From an uncultured delta proteobacterium (GTDB lineage Bacteria; Desulfobacterota; WTBG01; CAIYCZ01; CAIRTM01): a DNA stretch of 64,000 nt. A program made the position numbers and the translations under genes. The stretch lies in assembly GCA_963804955.1 (NCBI GenBank), contig CAWDSQ010000005.1, positions 128,001 through 192,000 on the forward strand. Direction: 5' to 3'. The notes under the pieces are model-generated. The model saw only the letters and a program-made list of their open reading frames with translations. It was not told where the DNA came from and searched no databases. Shown piece after piece: positions 53,482 to 63,582 of the stretch; position 1 is the stretch's first letter, and each line of letters begins with the position of its first letter.

Positions 53482-54839
53482 ATGCATATTCGCTATTATT
53501 ATCTCATGGCTGTTATGTATTGCGCCGTTTTTTCGGGTTGCGCGGCACAAAACCAGGATGTCTTTCTGTCGGATCAGCGCAAGCTGGGCAGGGAGTTTGC
53601 AACCTTTGTTCCCCCGAAGAAGTTTTCCGACAATCAAACGTCGCCAGTCAATTGCTCCACAGCCCGCAGGCAGCGCTGACCCTGCAGCAGGCCCTTGCCA
53701 CCGGGCTCATGCACAGTCCCGAGCTCGCCTCTTTTGCCTGGGATGTGCGCGCTGCCGAGGCGCGGGAGCTTCAGGCAGGGCTTCTGCCGAATCCCGAAAT
53801 ATCAACGGAAGTTGAAAATTTCGGCGGCAACAATGAAATGCAGGGATTCAAAAGCGCAGAAACCACGGTTCAGATCAGCCAGCTGTTTGAGCTTGGCGGC
53901 AAGCGCGGCTACCGCAAGCGGACTGCCGAGCTTGAAAAAAATCTTGCGGGCTGGGAGTATGAAATAAAGCGGCTTGATGTGTTTGAAAAAATCTCTACGG
54001 CCTTCTGGGAGGTTCTGGCAGCCCAGGAGCGCGCAGCCATCGCTGAGTCCCTCTTGAAGCTTGCAGAACAGTCCTGTTCGTCCGTTGCGGAACAGGTTGC
54101 CGTCGGCAAGGCCCCGCCGGTTGAAGAGGTACAGGCAAAAATCGCCCTCACAACAACCGAGCTGCAATGCAAAAAAATAAAAAGCGATCTTCAATCAGCC
54201 CGCAGCAGGCTTGCTCAGGCGGTCGGCACTTCCGGCCCGGCTTTTGAAAAAACCGAAGGCCGGTTTGATGCTGTCGCCCCCCTGCCCGAACTTGACAAGC
54301 TGCAGGCAGCCCTTGCTGAAAGCCCTGATATGCTGCGGTGGAAATCCGAGCTTGAGAAACGCCAGGCCGAGGTGAAGCTGAAAGACGCCGGCGCTCTGCC
54401 CGATATTACCGTCAGCGCAGGTCCCCGTTACTTTAACGACACGAATGACAAAGCACTGGTCATGGGGTTTTCCGTGCCCATTCCGCTGTTTAACCGAAAC
54501 CAGGGAGAGCGGCAGGAAGCGCGCTGCAATGCTGCAAAGGCAGAAGAGGAGCAAAAAGCCGGTTTTATAAAAACACGAAGCGACCTGACCCAAACCTATC
54601 AAAGCTGTTCATCGGCCTTTGCGCTGGCTGCCGCTCTTCGCGACAGGTCGATTCCCGGCGCAGTTCAGGCTTTTGAAGCTGCGCAGGAAGGCTACCGGCA
54701 GGGAAAATTCAGCTACCTTATGGTGCTTGACGCACAGCGTACCCTTTTTGAACTGAAGCAGCAGTATGTTGATACACTTGCAGATTACCATGCAAACAGG
54801 GCAGCCCTGGAACGTCTGGTGGGGCAATCCATACAATAA
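53482..54839 (+). CDS. czcC: outer-membrane factor, TolC/CzcC family (frameshift near 53655)
   Basis: AAGGAGG RBS; lipobox FSGC; LLPNPE, SQLFELGGKR, PIPLFNRNQG, GKFSYLMVLDAQR. Confidence 0.85.
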
Positions 54840-54863
54840 ATAAAATTTAACAAGGTAACTATC

Positions 54864-56402
54864 ATGAAAAGAAGAAAATATTTTACCGTATGTCTTGCCT
54901 GTTGCGCTTGTATGTTTGCCGCAGGTCTGTTTCTACAATCATGCTCAGATGCTGAAAAGGCCTCTCCTGCGGCACAGAAAGCCGCAGAGGCCGATATCGC
55001 CGTCGCTGCAAACGCAGATAAAGACAGAGTCCTGCGCGGCGCACCGGAAAAAGAGCATGCAGAACCTGCCGATGAGCATGAGGGCCATAACCACGGGCCG
55101 GTTGATGCTGTGCAGGATGAGAAAAAACAGGCAGAAAATGAAGACGGACATGTCGCGGCGAAGGACGAACATCCGGAACATGCGGATGAACATGAGGGCC
55201 ATAACCATGCAGCCGAAGCATCTGACCTTGACCGGCCGATTGATGAAATGTGGGCCGCGAAGTGCGAGCACGACATCCTGCATTATACCTGCGATGAATG
55301 CCGCTATGAGCTGGGAGTCGTGAAGCTCTCGCCGGGCGTTTTCGGCACTGAGTCTGAGCCCGGGGTTGTTGCCGCGACAAAAGTCGGCAGACAGCAGATG
55401 CCACAGTCGGTTCCCCTTACCGGCGAGGTCAAAGCCCATGAAAACAGGACCGTCAATATTTCAAGCGCCGTCAGCGGCATTGTGAGTAAAGCAGCGGTGG
55501 CGAGCGGTCAGCAGGTAGCCAGTGGTGACCTGCTGCTGCTGATTGACAGCCCTGATATTGCAGGGGCAAAAGGAGATTATAGAAGGCTGCTTGCATCGCT
55601 TGAGCTGGCAAAGAAAGCGGTGCAGCGCGAGGAGCGCCTTTTCTCAAAAATGGTCTCCTCCCAGGTTGACGTTGAAACGGCAAAGGCGCAGCTTTCGCAG
55701 GCGGTTATTGAACGGGCAAATGCCCGAACAAAACTGCTGAATATCGGCCTTTCCGATGAAGATATCTCCACACTTGAGCGGGCGCCCCTGGAGACAATTA
55801 CCGGCCTGCTCGCGGTTCGTGCACCGCATGCCGGTATCGTGCTTGAAAGAGCTGTCAGCAACGGTGAACGGGTAGAGCCGGGAAAAAACCTGCTGCTGCT
55901 GTCGGACCTTTCGCAAATATGCGTCTGGGCGGACCTGAAAGAAGATGATTTGATCCGGCTCAACGGCAGCAGGCACAACGCTGCAGTTGAGGTCGAGTCA
56001 ATGGCCAGCCCGGGTAAAGTGTACAAGGGCACAATAGATGGTATCTCCGGCATCATGAATGAACAGACCAGAACGGCGCAGGCGCGCATCACGCTGGATA
56101 ATCCCGAAGGACTTCTCAAGCCCGGCATGTTTGTCACTATACGGCTCATGCTTCCCGGCGGCGGCGATGCTCTGGCGGTTCCCAAAGTGGCGGTTCTTGC
56201 CGATGCCGGGCGGACCTTTGTTTTTGTTCACAAGGAGGGCGACTACTGGATTCGCCGCCCCGTGTCCCTGGGGGCAACGTTTAATGGCTTTGTCGAAATT
56301 AAAGACGGGCTGTCAGCCGGTCAGAAAATTATTGCTGACGGCTCGTTTCTGCTGAAGTCTGATGTTCTGCGCTCGAAAATGGGCGCAGGCTGTGCTGACT
56401 GA
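54864..56402 (+). CDS. czcB: RND periplasmic adaptor, CzcB family, with His/Cys-rich N-terminal extension
   Basis: Membrane-fusion/lipoyl motifs, LKPGMF; duplicated ADEHEGHNH; CEHDILHYTCDEC. Confidence 0.88.
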   Translation: MKRRKYFTVCLACCACMFAAGLFLQSCSDAEKASPAAQKAAEADIAVAANADKDRVLRGAPEKEHAEPADEHEGHNHGPVDAVQDEKKQAENEDGHVAAKDEHPEHADEHEGHNHAAEASDLDRPIDEMWAAKCEHDILHYTCDECRYELGVVKLSPGVFGTESEPGVVAATKVGRQQMPQSVPLTGEVKAHENRTVNISSAVSGIVSKAAVASGQQVASGDLLLLIDSPDIAGAKGDYRRLLASLELAKKAVQREERLFSKMVSSQVDVETAKAQLSQAVIERANARTKLLNIGLSDEDISTLERAPLETITGLLAVRAPHAGIVLERAVSNGERVEPGKNLLLLSDLSQICVWADLKEDDLIRLNGSRHNAAVEVESMASPGKVYKGTIDGISGIMNEQTRTAQARITLDNPEGLLKPGMFVTIRLMLPGGGDALAVPKVAVLADAGRTFVFVHKEGDYWIRRPVSLGATFNGFVEIKDGLSAGQKIIADGSFLLKSDVLRSKMGAGCAD

Positions 56403-56414
56403 GAGGAGGCCACC

Positions 56415-59400
56415 ATGCATAAAACCATAGAACTGCTTCTGCGCTCCCGATTTCTGGTGCTGGCGCTCACCATGGTGACTATTCTGGGCGGCATCATAGC
56501 CTGGATGAGGCTTCCAATCGACGCTTTTCCCGATGTGAGCAATGTGCAGGTTATGGTGCTTACCGAAGCGCCGGGCCTTTCCGCCGTTGACATAGAGCAG
56601 CAGGTTACCTATCCGATCGAGATGCAGATGGGCGGCGTGCCAAAGGTACTGCAGGTGCGCTCCCTGTCTAAATCAGGGCTTTCACAGGTTGTTATCGTTT
56701 TTGAAGACAATGTTAACATCTATTTTGCCCGGCAGCAGATATTTGAGCGTCTTCAGGCTGCAAAGGAGAGCCTGCCGCCGTCGGTCGAGCCCGAGCTTGG
56801 CCCCATCAGCACGGGCCTTGGCGAAATTTTTCAATATACCCTGGAAAGCGAAACGATGTCCCCCATGGAGCTGCGGACCCTTCAGGACTTTCTGATCGCC
56901 CCGCAGCTGAAATCCATCCCCGGAGTCAATGAGGTCAACAGCTTCGGCGGATTTGTGAAGCAGTATCAGGTTCTGGTGCGCCCTGAAGGGCTCCTGAAAT
57001 ACGGCCTGATACTTCGTGATGTGGTGGAAGCCGTTGAAAAGAACAATGCCAATGCCGCAGGCGGATTCATCGTGCGCGGGTGGGAGCAGACCTATATCCG
57101 GGGGCTGGGGCTTTTAACCGGCATTGAGGATATCAACCGGATTGTAGTGAAGGTTGATGACGGCACGCCTGTTTACGTAGATGATATAGCCGATGTTGTT
57201 GTCGGCCCGCAGCCGCGGCAGGGCGCTGTCACCCGTGACGGCAAGGGTGAGGCTGTGGCCGGCATGGTCATCATGCTGCGGGATGAAAATTCGAAAGATG
57301 TCGTATCGCATGTAAAAGACCTGCTCCCCAAAATACAGAACAGCCTGCCGAAAGAAGCGCGCATCAATGTGTTTTATGACCGCACGTCTCTGATACAGGC
57401 CTGCATCAATACCGTGCTGAATGCTTTGCTTGAAGGCGGTATTTTTGTCATTCTGGTATTGTTTCTCTTTGTAGCAGAATTTAGAACCGCCCTGACGGTT
57501 CTTGCCTCGCTGCCGATCACCTTTCTTGCCACCTTTCTTGTCATGGGCTGGACCGGCCTCACGTCCAACCTTATGAGCCTCGGGGGCCTTGCCTTCTCCG
57601 TGGGTATGATTGTCGATGCCTCAATCGTTATCGTTGAAAATATCCGGCGCCATTTCGCCGAGCACCGCGATCCGGCGCTGCGCCGCCAGATAACCGTGCA
57701 GGCTGTCTGGGAAGTTGCGCGTCCCGTGGCGTTTTCAGTCATGATCATCATTATTGTCCTGGTGCCGCTGTTCACCCTGCAGGGGATCGAGGGAAAAATG
57801 TTCATGCCCCTGGCGCTGACAATGATCTATGCCCTGCTGGTTTCGCTGATTGTCGCCCTGACGATTGTGCCGGTGCTTTCTGAAATGTTTCTGAGGCAGA
57901 TTGCAGAGAAGGAGTTCGGCTTTGTGCGGCGGTTCCATCACGGGTATCTCAACCTGCTGGCCGCTGCGCGCAGGAAGATAAAAACGACGGTCTGCATATC
58001 CCTGCTTTCACTTATTGCCGCGGGCCTGCTCGCTCTGACAATCGGCACTGAGTTTATGCCGACCCTTGACGAAGGCGCTATCGCCATCAATGTTGTGCGG
58101 TTGCCCAATGCCTCGCTGGACGGGTCAAAGGATGTTTCCACGTTCATGGAAAAGCGGATTCTGGCATCATTTTCCGAGGTCAGCGCCGTGGTGAGCAAAA
58201 CAGGCCGGGCTGAAATTTCAGAAGACCCCATGGGCCCCGAGCAGACGGATATTTTTATAATGCTCAAGCCGTATAAAGAGTGGACAACAGGACGCAACAA
58301 GGCAAAGCTTATAGAAGCGCTTCAGAGAGAGCTTTCAGCCATACCCGGCATACGGCTTTCGTTTTCCCAGCCGATTGCACTGCGTGTCAATGAATTGATA
58401 TCCGGTGTAAAAAGCGATCTTGCGGTAAAAGTGTACGGCAGCGATCTTGAGAAGCTGAAGGACTATGCAGACAAAGTCGCCGGGAAGCTTTCAACTATTA
58501 AAGGAGCTCATGATGTCCGGGTAGAGCAGGTGTCGGGCATGGAGCAGATTGAAATAGAGCTTAATCGCGCGGAGATGGCCAGGTTCGGAATAAATATCGC
58601 TGATGTGAATGAGGTGATCGAGACAGCCATTGCAGGAAAAGAAGCGACCCGGGTTGTTGACGGCCAAATGCGCATTGCCACGGTTGTGCGCTTCCCGGCA
58701 TCCGCCCGCTCCGACATGACCGTTATTGAACGCCTGATTCTGAGGGGTCCCGCCGGCGAGCAGATACCCCTTGGCCGGATCGCAAAAATATCTACTGTCG
58801 AGGGGCCGGCGCAGATTACCCGCGAAAAAAGCATGCGCCGCGTTGCCGCAGAGGTAAATATCCGGGGCAGGGACCTTGGCAGCTTTGTCGCCGAGGCTCA
58901 GCAGTCGCTTTCAGATATTGAAAAAGAACTGCCCACCGGCTATTTTCTTGAATATGGCGGGCAGTTTGAAAATCAGCAGCGGGCCATGCGGCAATTATCA
59001 ATCGTTGTTCCTATAGCGCTTCTGATTATTATGCTGCTGCTCTATCTGGCGCTCGGGTCGCTGCGAGACTCCCTTCTTGTTGTGCTGAACCTGCCTTTTG
59101 CCCTTGTCGGCGGCATTGTCGCCATTAAAATCTTCGGCATGCCCCTTTCGGTATCGGCATCGGTTGCCTTTATCATACTGCTGGGCATTGCCGTACAAAA
59201 CGGCGTGGTGCTGATAGCATTCTTCCGCCAGCTCAGAGAAGAGGGAAAAAGCGTTGACGAGACAGTCCACATGGGCTGCAATCTGCGCTTTCGGCCGCTG
59301 CTCATGACGGCGCTGACCTCATTTATCGGACATTTGCCCATGCTCTATGCCACCGGCTCAGGCGCCGACATTCAAAAGCCCCTTGCCGTCGTTGTTATGG

Positions 59401-59492
59401 GAGGGCTTATAACATCAACGCTGCTGACCCTGCTTGTGCTGCCGACAATTTACGGCTGGCTTGAACAAAGAGCGGAGGGTCGAAACAGCTAA
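56415..59492 (+). CDS. czcA: HME-RND heavy-metal efflux pump, CzcA family
   Basis: LPIDAFPDV, NLMSLGGL, GMIVDASIVIVEN, RFRPLLMTA. Confidence 0.95.
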   Translation: MHKTIELLLRSRFLVLALTMVTILGGIIAWMRLPIDAFPDVSNVQVMVLTEAPGLSAVDIEQQVTYPIEMQMGGVPKVLQVRSLSKSGLSQVVIVFEDNVNIYFARQQIFERLQAAKESLPPSVEPELGPISTGLGEIFQYTLESETMSPMELRTLQDFLIAPQLKSIPGVNEVNSFGGFVKQYQVLVRPEGLLKYGLILRDVVEAVEKNNANAAGGFIVRGWEQTYIRGLGLLTGIEDINRIVVKVDDGTPVYVDDIADVVVGPQPRQGAVTRDGKGEAVAGMVIMLRDENSKDVVSHVKDLLPKIQNSLPKEARINVFYDRTSLIQACINTVLNALLEGGIFVILVLFLFVAEFRTALTVLASLPITFLATFLVMGWTGLTSNLMSLGGLAFSVGMIVDASIVIVENIRRHFAEHRDPALRRQITVQAVWEVARPVAFSVMIIIIVLVPLFTLQGIEGKMFMPLALTMIYALLVSLIVALTIVPVLSEMFLRQIAEKEFGFVRRFHHGYLNLLAAARRKIKTTVCISLLSLIAAGLLALTIGTEFMPTLDEGAIAINVVRLPNASLDGSKDVSTFMEKRILASFSEVSAVVSKTGRAEISEDPMGPEQTDIFIMLKPYKEWTTGRNKAKLIEALQRELSAIPGIRLSFSQPIALRVNELISGVKSDLAVKVYGSDLEKLKDYADKVAGKLSTIKGAHDVRVEQVSGMEQIEIELNRAEMARFGINIADVNEVIETAIAGKEATRVVDGQMRIATVVRFPASARSDMTVIERLILRGPAGEQIPLGRIAKISTVEGPAQITREKSMRRVAAEVNIRGRDLGSFVAEAQQSLSDIEKELPTGYFLEYGGQFENQQRAMRQLSIVVPIALLIIMLLLYLALGSLRDSLLVVLNLPFALVGGIVAIKIFGMPLSVSASVAFIILLGIAVQNGVVLIAFFRQLREEGKSVDETVHMGCNLRFRPLLMTALTSFIGHLPMLYATGSGADIQKPLAVVVMGGLITSTLLTLLVLPTIYGWLEQRAEGRNS

Positions 59493-59537
59493 ACAACGGC
59501 GTTCAAATATGATGTGCTGCCTGCAAAGGAGAAGAGC

Positions 59538-59879
59538 ATGAAAGAAATTAAAGCCTTTATTAAACCCCATATGCTGTCACATGTCGTTATGGCTTTGAGC
59601 AGCCTTGAAGGGCTCTCAGGCCTGAGTGTAACAAAAGTCCAGGGCTTTGGGCGCAGCAGGGCAAAGGGCGCCCGGCACCGGATCGTTGAAGACCTGATCG
59701 ATTATGTGCCCCATGTCAAGCTTGAGATAGTGTGCAGGGATTCCCTCGTCGAGGAGATTGTCGCAATTATTGAAAAGACAGCCCATACAGGGCTGTCCGG
59801 CGACGGAAAAATTTTCGTTTCCGCCATTGAAACCGCGGTCAGGATCAGCACGGGCGACCGTGATGAGGCAGCCGTGTAA
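59538..59879 (+). CDS. PII-like protein of the czc-associated type
   Basis: MKEIKAFIKP, GFGR, AHTGLSGDGKIFV, VRISTG. Confidence 0.88.
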   Translation: MKEIKAFIKPHMLSHVVMALSSLEGLSGLSVTKVQGFGRSRAKGARHRIVEDLIDYVPHVKLEIVCRDSLVEEIVAIIEKTAHTGLSGDGKIFVSAIETAVRISTGDRDEAAV

Positions 59880-59923
59880 CAAGCCCTGGTCTGAGCAAGC
59901 AATCATCAGAAGGAGCATAAAAT

Positions 59924-61312
59924 ATGAAAAAATACAGGTACCGCCTTATCGGATTGTGCATAGGATTGTGTGCTCTATGTGTGTCGTGCACGCCATCGCA
60001 GGATACGGCCAACTATAAAAAATATTTGACGCAGGACACAGCTATTAAGGGCAAAGCGGGAGTTCTTGTCACTGCTCTGGGGCAGCCGGAGCAGTATGAT
60101 TTTACGTTTTCCAACAACTACCTGAAGCAGATATTCAATGCCGCTTTCCCGTGGTATCTCAAGCCCGTCATCCTGCGCGACAGCGGCACCGTGCTGCTTG
60201 ACCCGGCAAGCCCTGTTGCTGAAACCGAGTTCAAGCCCGCAACCCTTATGGACTGCTACGGCAGCACCAAAGATGCCGCCGGCAAGCCCTATATGCAGAT
60301 GGAGTATGCCTGGGTAAAGCCGCGCGAGGAGGGCAAGCCGGGGCATTTTCTCCTGGACAAAAAGAACGGCCTTATCGATATCGTCGAGAAGTCAGCCATC
60401 AAGGTCTGCGCGCATTACTACGGCCGCATGCCCGGCAATAAGGTTCCCTACATGGCACAGCATCAGGCCCTGTTCGCCGATGTGCAGCAACTGCTCCAGA
60501 CGGAGTTTCCGGGTGTTCCGTTGCGTACGGGCTGGGCCATGTATCCCGAGACGGTCAAAAAAGCCATTGATGAGCTGATTGCGCAAAAGGTCGAAACCAT
60601 CGTCGTGTGCGACCTGTTTGCCGTGTATTCAAATCTCGAACAGTTCAGCGCCCTCTTCCCTGAAATCGAGCATATGGTCGCGGGCAGGGCTAAAATAATT
60701 TACGCGCCCCAGACAGGCGCTTTTGCCTCCTACCGCGCCGCCTTCGTGCAGATGGCAAAAGATGAAATCGCCAAGCTGCCGCCGCAGGCAAAGAAGCTGC
60801 TGGTGCTGACACGCCATGGTTTTCCCGAGATGCCCGGGGAGCCCTACCATGAGCTTGCCCCTTCGTTTTACGGCAGCCTGCTGAAGGAGGTCGAGGCTGG
60901 CCTGGCCGGCACCGGCACCCGGATACTGTTTGCCGACACGGAATTCGCCGACGGTAAGGATGACCCGAAAAACACGCGCCTGGCAAGCGCCGAGGCCCTT
61001 GAGCAGGGCCTGGCTGAGAAGTATGACGTCGTGGTATATGTTCTGGTCGACTTTGTGAGCGAGAACACCGACACGGTCTTCTGCGCCCGCGACGAAGCCC
61101 TGGAGCCAATCGGCTTCAGCTATGGCGGCCAGGTGCCCTATGCCGATTTCAGCATGCCCTTTAGAACAGAGCTGGTTCATGAGAAAACGCGCATCATTGT
61201 TGCAGGCACGCCCGTGGGGCCGCTCTACCGGCCGCTGGTTGCCCGCGGCATCATGGATGCCGTGGCCACGATTCTGGGAGGCAAACCGTGGCCGCAGCTT
61301 TCAGGAAAATAA
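59924..61312 (+). CDS. lipoprotein with ferrochelatase (class II chelatase)-like motifs
   Basis: AAGGAG RBS; basic and hydrophobic signal ending VSC; GVLVTALGQP, YP..KAIDEL....ETIVVCDLFAVYS, LVLTRHGFP, VDFVSENTDT. Confidence 0.6.
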   Translation: MKKYRYRLIGLCIGLCALCVSCTPSQDTANYKKYLTQDTAIKGKAGVLVTALGQPEQYDFTFSNNYLKQIFNAAFPWYLKPVILRDSGTVLLDPASPVAETEFKPATLMDCYGSTKDAAGKPYMQMEYAWVKPREEGKPGHFLLDKKNGLIDIVEKSAIKVCAHYYGRMPGNKVPYMAQHQALFADVQQLLQTEFPGVPLRTGWAMYPETVKKAIDELIAQKVETIVVCDLFAVYSNLEQFSALFPEIEHMVAGRAKIIYAPQTGAFASYRAAFVQMAKDEIAKLPPQAKKLLVLTRHGFPEMPGEPYHELAPSFYGSLLKEVEAGLAGTGTRILFADTEFADGKDDPKNTRLASAEALEQGLAEKYDVVVYVLVDFVSENTDTVFCARDEALEPIGFSYGGQVPYADFSMPFRTELVHEKTRIIVAGTPVGPLYRPLVARGIMDAVATILGGKPWPQLSGK

Positions 61313-61383
61313 TTCAAACGCAAGCACCGTTAAACCGGCACGGGGCTTGTGTTTAAATCTGCTGACCCGGCCTGCATCAGAAC

Positions 61384-61424
61384 AAAAAAGCCCTGCGCGG
61401 CAGCTTCCGTGCAGGGCTTTTTTT
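61384..61424. terminator. bidirectional intrinsic terminator
   Basis: A tract, GCCCTGCGCGG...CCGTGCAGGGC stem, T tract, between convergent genes. Confidence 0.85.
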
Positions 61425-61438
61425 AACAGCTCTCAAAC

Positions 61439-62835
61439 TCAGAGCGCCCGCATAAAAACCACAAGGTCCTTCTTTTCCTGATCGGAAAGTTTCAGCCCCT
61501 GAATGATATTGAAAAACTCAACCACATCGTCAAGCGTGAGCAGCCGGCCATCGTGCAGATAGGGCGGCGACTCCTTGATGCCCCGCAGGGGGAAGGTCTT
61601 GATCGGGCCGTCGGCTGAGGCCATCCGGCCATTGATCATCTGCGGCTTGAAGAACCGCTCGGCCTTCAAGTCATGCATGGTATTGTCGGTATAGTAGGGC
61701 GCGGGGTGGCACACAGCGCATTTGGCTTTGCCCATGAACAGTTCCTGTCCGCGCATTTCCTGCTCGGTTGCTTTGGCCTGATCGAGCATGCCGTAGATGT
61801 CAAGCTTGTCCGCGGGCGGAAATCCCAGTATCGACATGAATTCAGACATGAAATGCACCTGGCTGCCCCGGTCCAGAATATTGACGCCTTTTTTCGTGGC
61901 GATGACGGGGTCGCCGTCGAAATAGGCTGCGCGCTGCTCAAACTCGGTAAAATCCTCGATGGATCTTCAAGGCCCGCTGCGAGCCGAACAGCCGCTGGAA
62001 GGCGACGCCCCGCAGGGTGGGGGTGTCGAGGCGGTGGCGAAATTCCTGCGGCCGGATATCGCCTACAAGGTGCGTGGTGCCGTTGGTGTGGCCGTTCACA
62101 TGGCAGTCGAAACAGGTGACACCGAGGCTGGGCTTTTCCGAGCGCCGGTCATCGGTGGCATTGAACTGCTGCTGGGGAAAGGGCGTGACCAGCAGCCGCA
62201 GGCCCTCGAGCTGCTTGGGGTTCAGGATGCCGTCGAAAATTGCAAAATAATTGTCCGTTGTCACCACTTTGCCCTTTGACACATCGCCCGAGGTCCGGCC
62301 GCGTGTTCAGGAATATGGCAGGCGGAAATTCCGCAAGGAAATGATCGGGCAGGTCAAAGTCAAGGTCAAAGCGCGTCAGGTCGCGGTCGGTCTGCTTCTT
62401 TATCTCGTCGATATGAAATTTCGGGAACACCATGCCGCCTTCCGGGTGATTGGGATGCGGCAGGGGCAGAAAGCCTTTGGGAAACACGCCCTGTTCCTTA
62501 ATCTCGGCCGGGCTCATGGCGGCAAGCTTCTCCCAGGTCATGCCCTGCGGCAGCTTCGCCCGTGCGCCATCCTGCACGGCCTTGCCGCGCGTCATGGTCA
62601 CCCCCTGCGCGGGGGCGTTTTTCAGATCATAGCGCTCCTGCAGCAGCGCTTCATGTTTCTGCATAATGGCCGCTTTGTCGGCTTTCATCTTTGCCATGGT
62701 GTCGGCAAAGGGCCTGGTGATGTCGACGGGCGAGTAGCTGGTAGCTTTTTTCTCCGCTGCCCCGCATATGCCGGCAATGCTGCTTAAGGCAAAGGCTGCC
62801 AGCACAATAAAGGCCAGACGTGTTGTAGTTTTCAT
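61439..62835 (-). CDS. periplasmic di-heme cytochrome c peroxidase/MauG-superfamily protein (frameshifts near 62290 and 61965)
   Basis: Signal peptide; CFDCH and CAVCH heme motifs; DTPTLRG, TFPLRGI..SPPYLHDGRLLTL. Confidence 0.82.
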
Positions 62836-63013
62836 TGCAAGTCTCCTTTTTGTTAGCGGTTTTTATTGTCTTCAGAAAACCAGCTACTATGGCGATGGTT
62901 CCTGAAGAAGGCAACTCAAACACGCAGTGCGGGTAGTTGTTGACTGCCTGCATACTCTGCGTTTCCAGCCCTTCAGTTCATAGATGCTCACCTCCTTTGC
63001 CTGCTGAAAATAG

Positions 63014-63045
63014 TGCAGTGACTCCGCCATGGCGGAGTCACTGCA
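63014..63045. repeat. perfect 32-bp palindrome
   Basis: TGCAGTGACTCCGCCATGGCGGAGTCACTGCA equals its own reverse complement. Confidence 0.9.
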
Positions 63046-63104
63046 GCTGTATAAAAAAACGAAAAATCGGAACTCCTTTTGTATAAAGAGCACTCTACAA
63101 GGCC

Positions 63105-63357
63105 CTAGAAGCAGCCTGCCCATTTCGGAATCTCGCCGAAGGCTATGCCCAGCGCGTCCGCCACGCCCTTGCCATAGGCAGGGTCTGCCTTGAAGCAGTT
63201 GCCGATATGGCGGAACTGAATATCCCTGGGCGCAGTGCCGATGGACCTGGCCGTATTTTCAAAAAGAGCTTTCTGCTGCCGGCCCTGCGGTCATGACATT
63301 CTGGTTATCTGCTGCCGGTGCTCCGGTATTGTGGGTGAGCTTTTTTGTGTCAGCCAT
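63105..63357 (-). pseudogene. katA: monofunctional catalase remnant with large internal deletion
   Basis: [26 protein letters not shown] (catalase N-terminus) joined out of frame to [42 protein letters not shown] (catalase C-terminus). Confidence 0.85.
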
Positions 63358-63582
63358 GGAGGCTCTCCCTGTTTAATGGTTTGGATACAGTGTTTTACAA
63401 TGATTACGGATGCTTTTGTCTGGTGGAGGTAAGCTCCTTTCAAATGTAGTGTAGACTTTTTCTTTTTCAAGCGTTTTTATACTAAAGAAGCTTTAGTGGC
63501 AGGAGTGTTGATTTTTAAATAATGAACACTTAAAGACTTTTATTATTTTATAAGAATGGTTTTCCAAATAGGGCAAAAAAAT

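Noticed and set aside
11912..62835. About 15 frameshifts (ychF, marR, hdrL, hdrA, mvhD, carboxyltransferase, ATPase, ZIP, czcC, peroxidase, others) as pseudogenisation or programmed frameshifting
   Set aside because: They are scattered single-base indels in otherwise intact, conserved genes with no shared slippery motif. Long-read consensus error is the simplest explanation; read-level polishing would settle it.
63541..63570. AT-rich Fur/PerR-like box upstream of the catalase remnant
   Set aside because: The context is plausible but the palindrome is poor in an AT-rich region, so it cannot be supported by eye.
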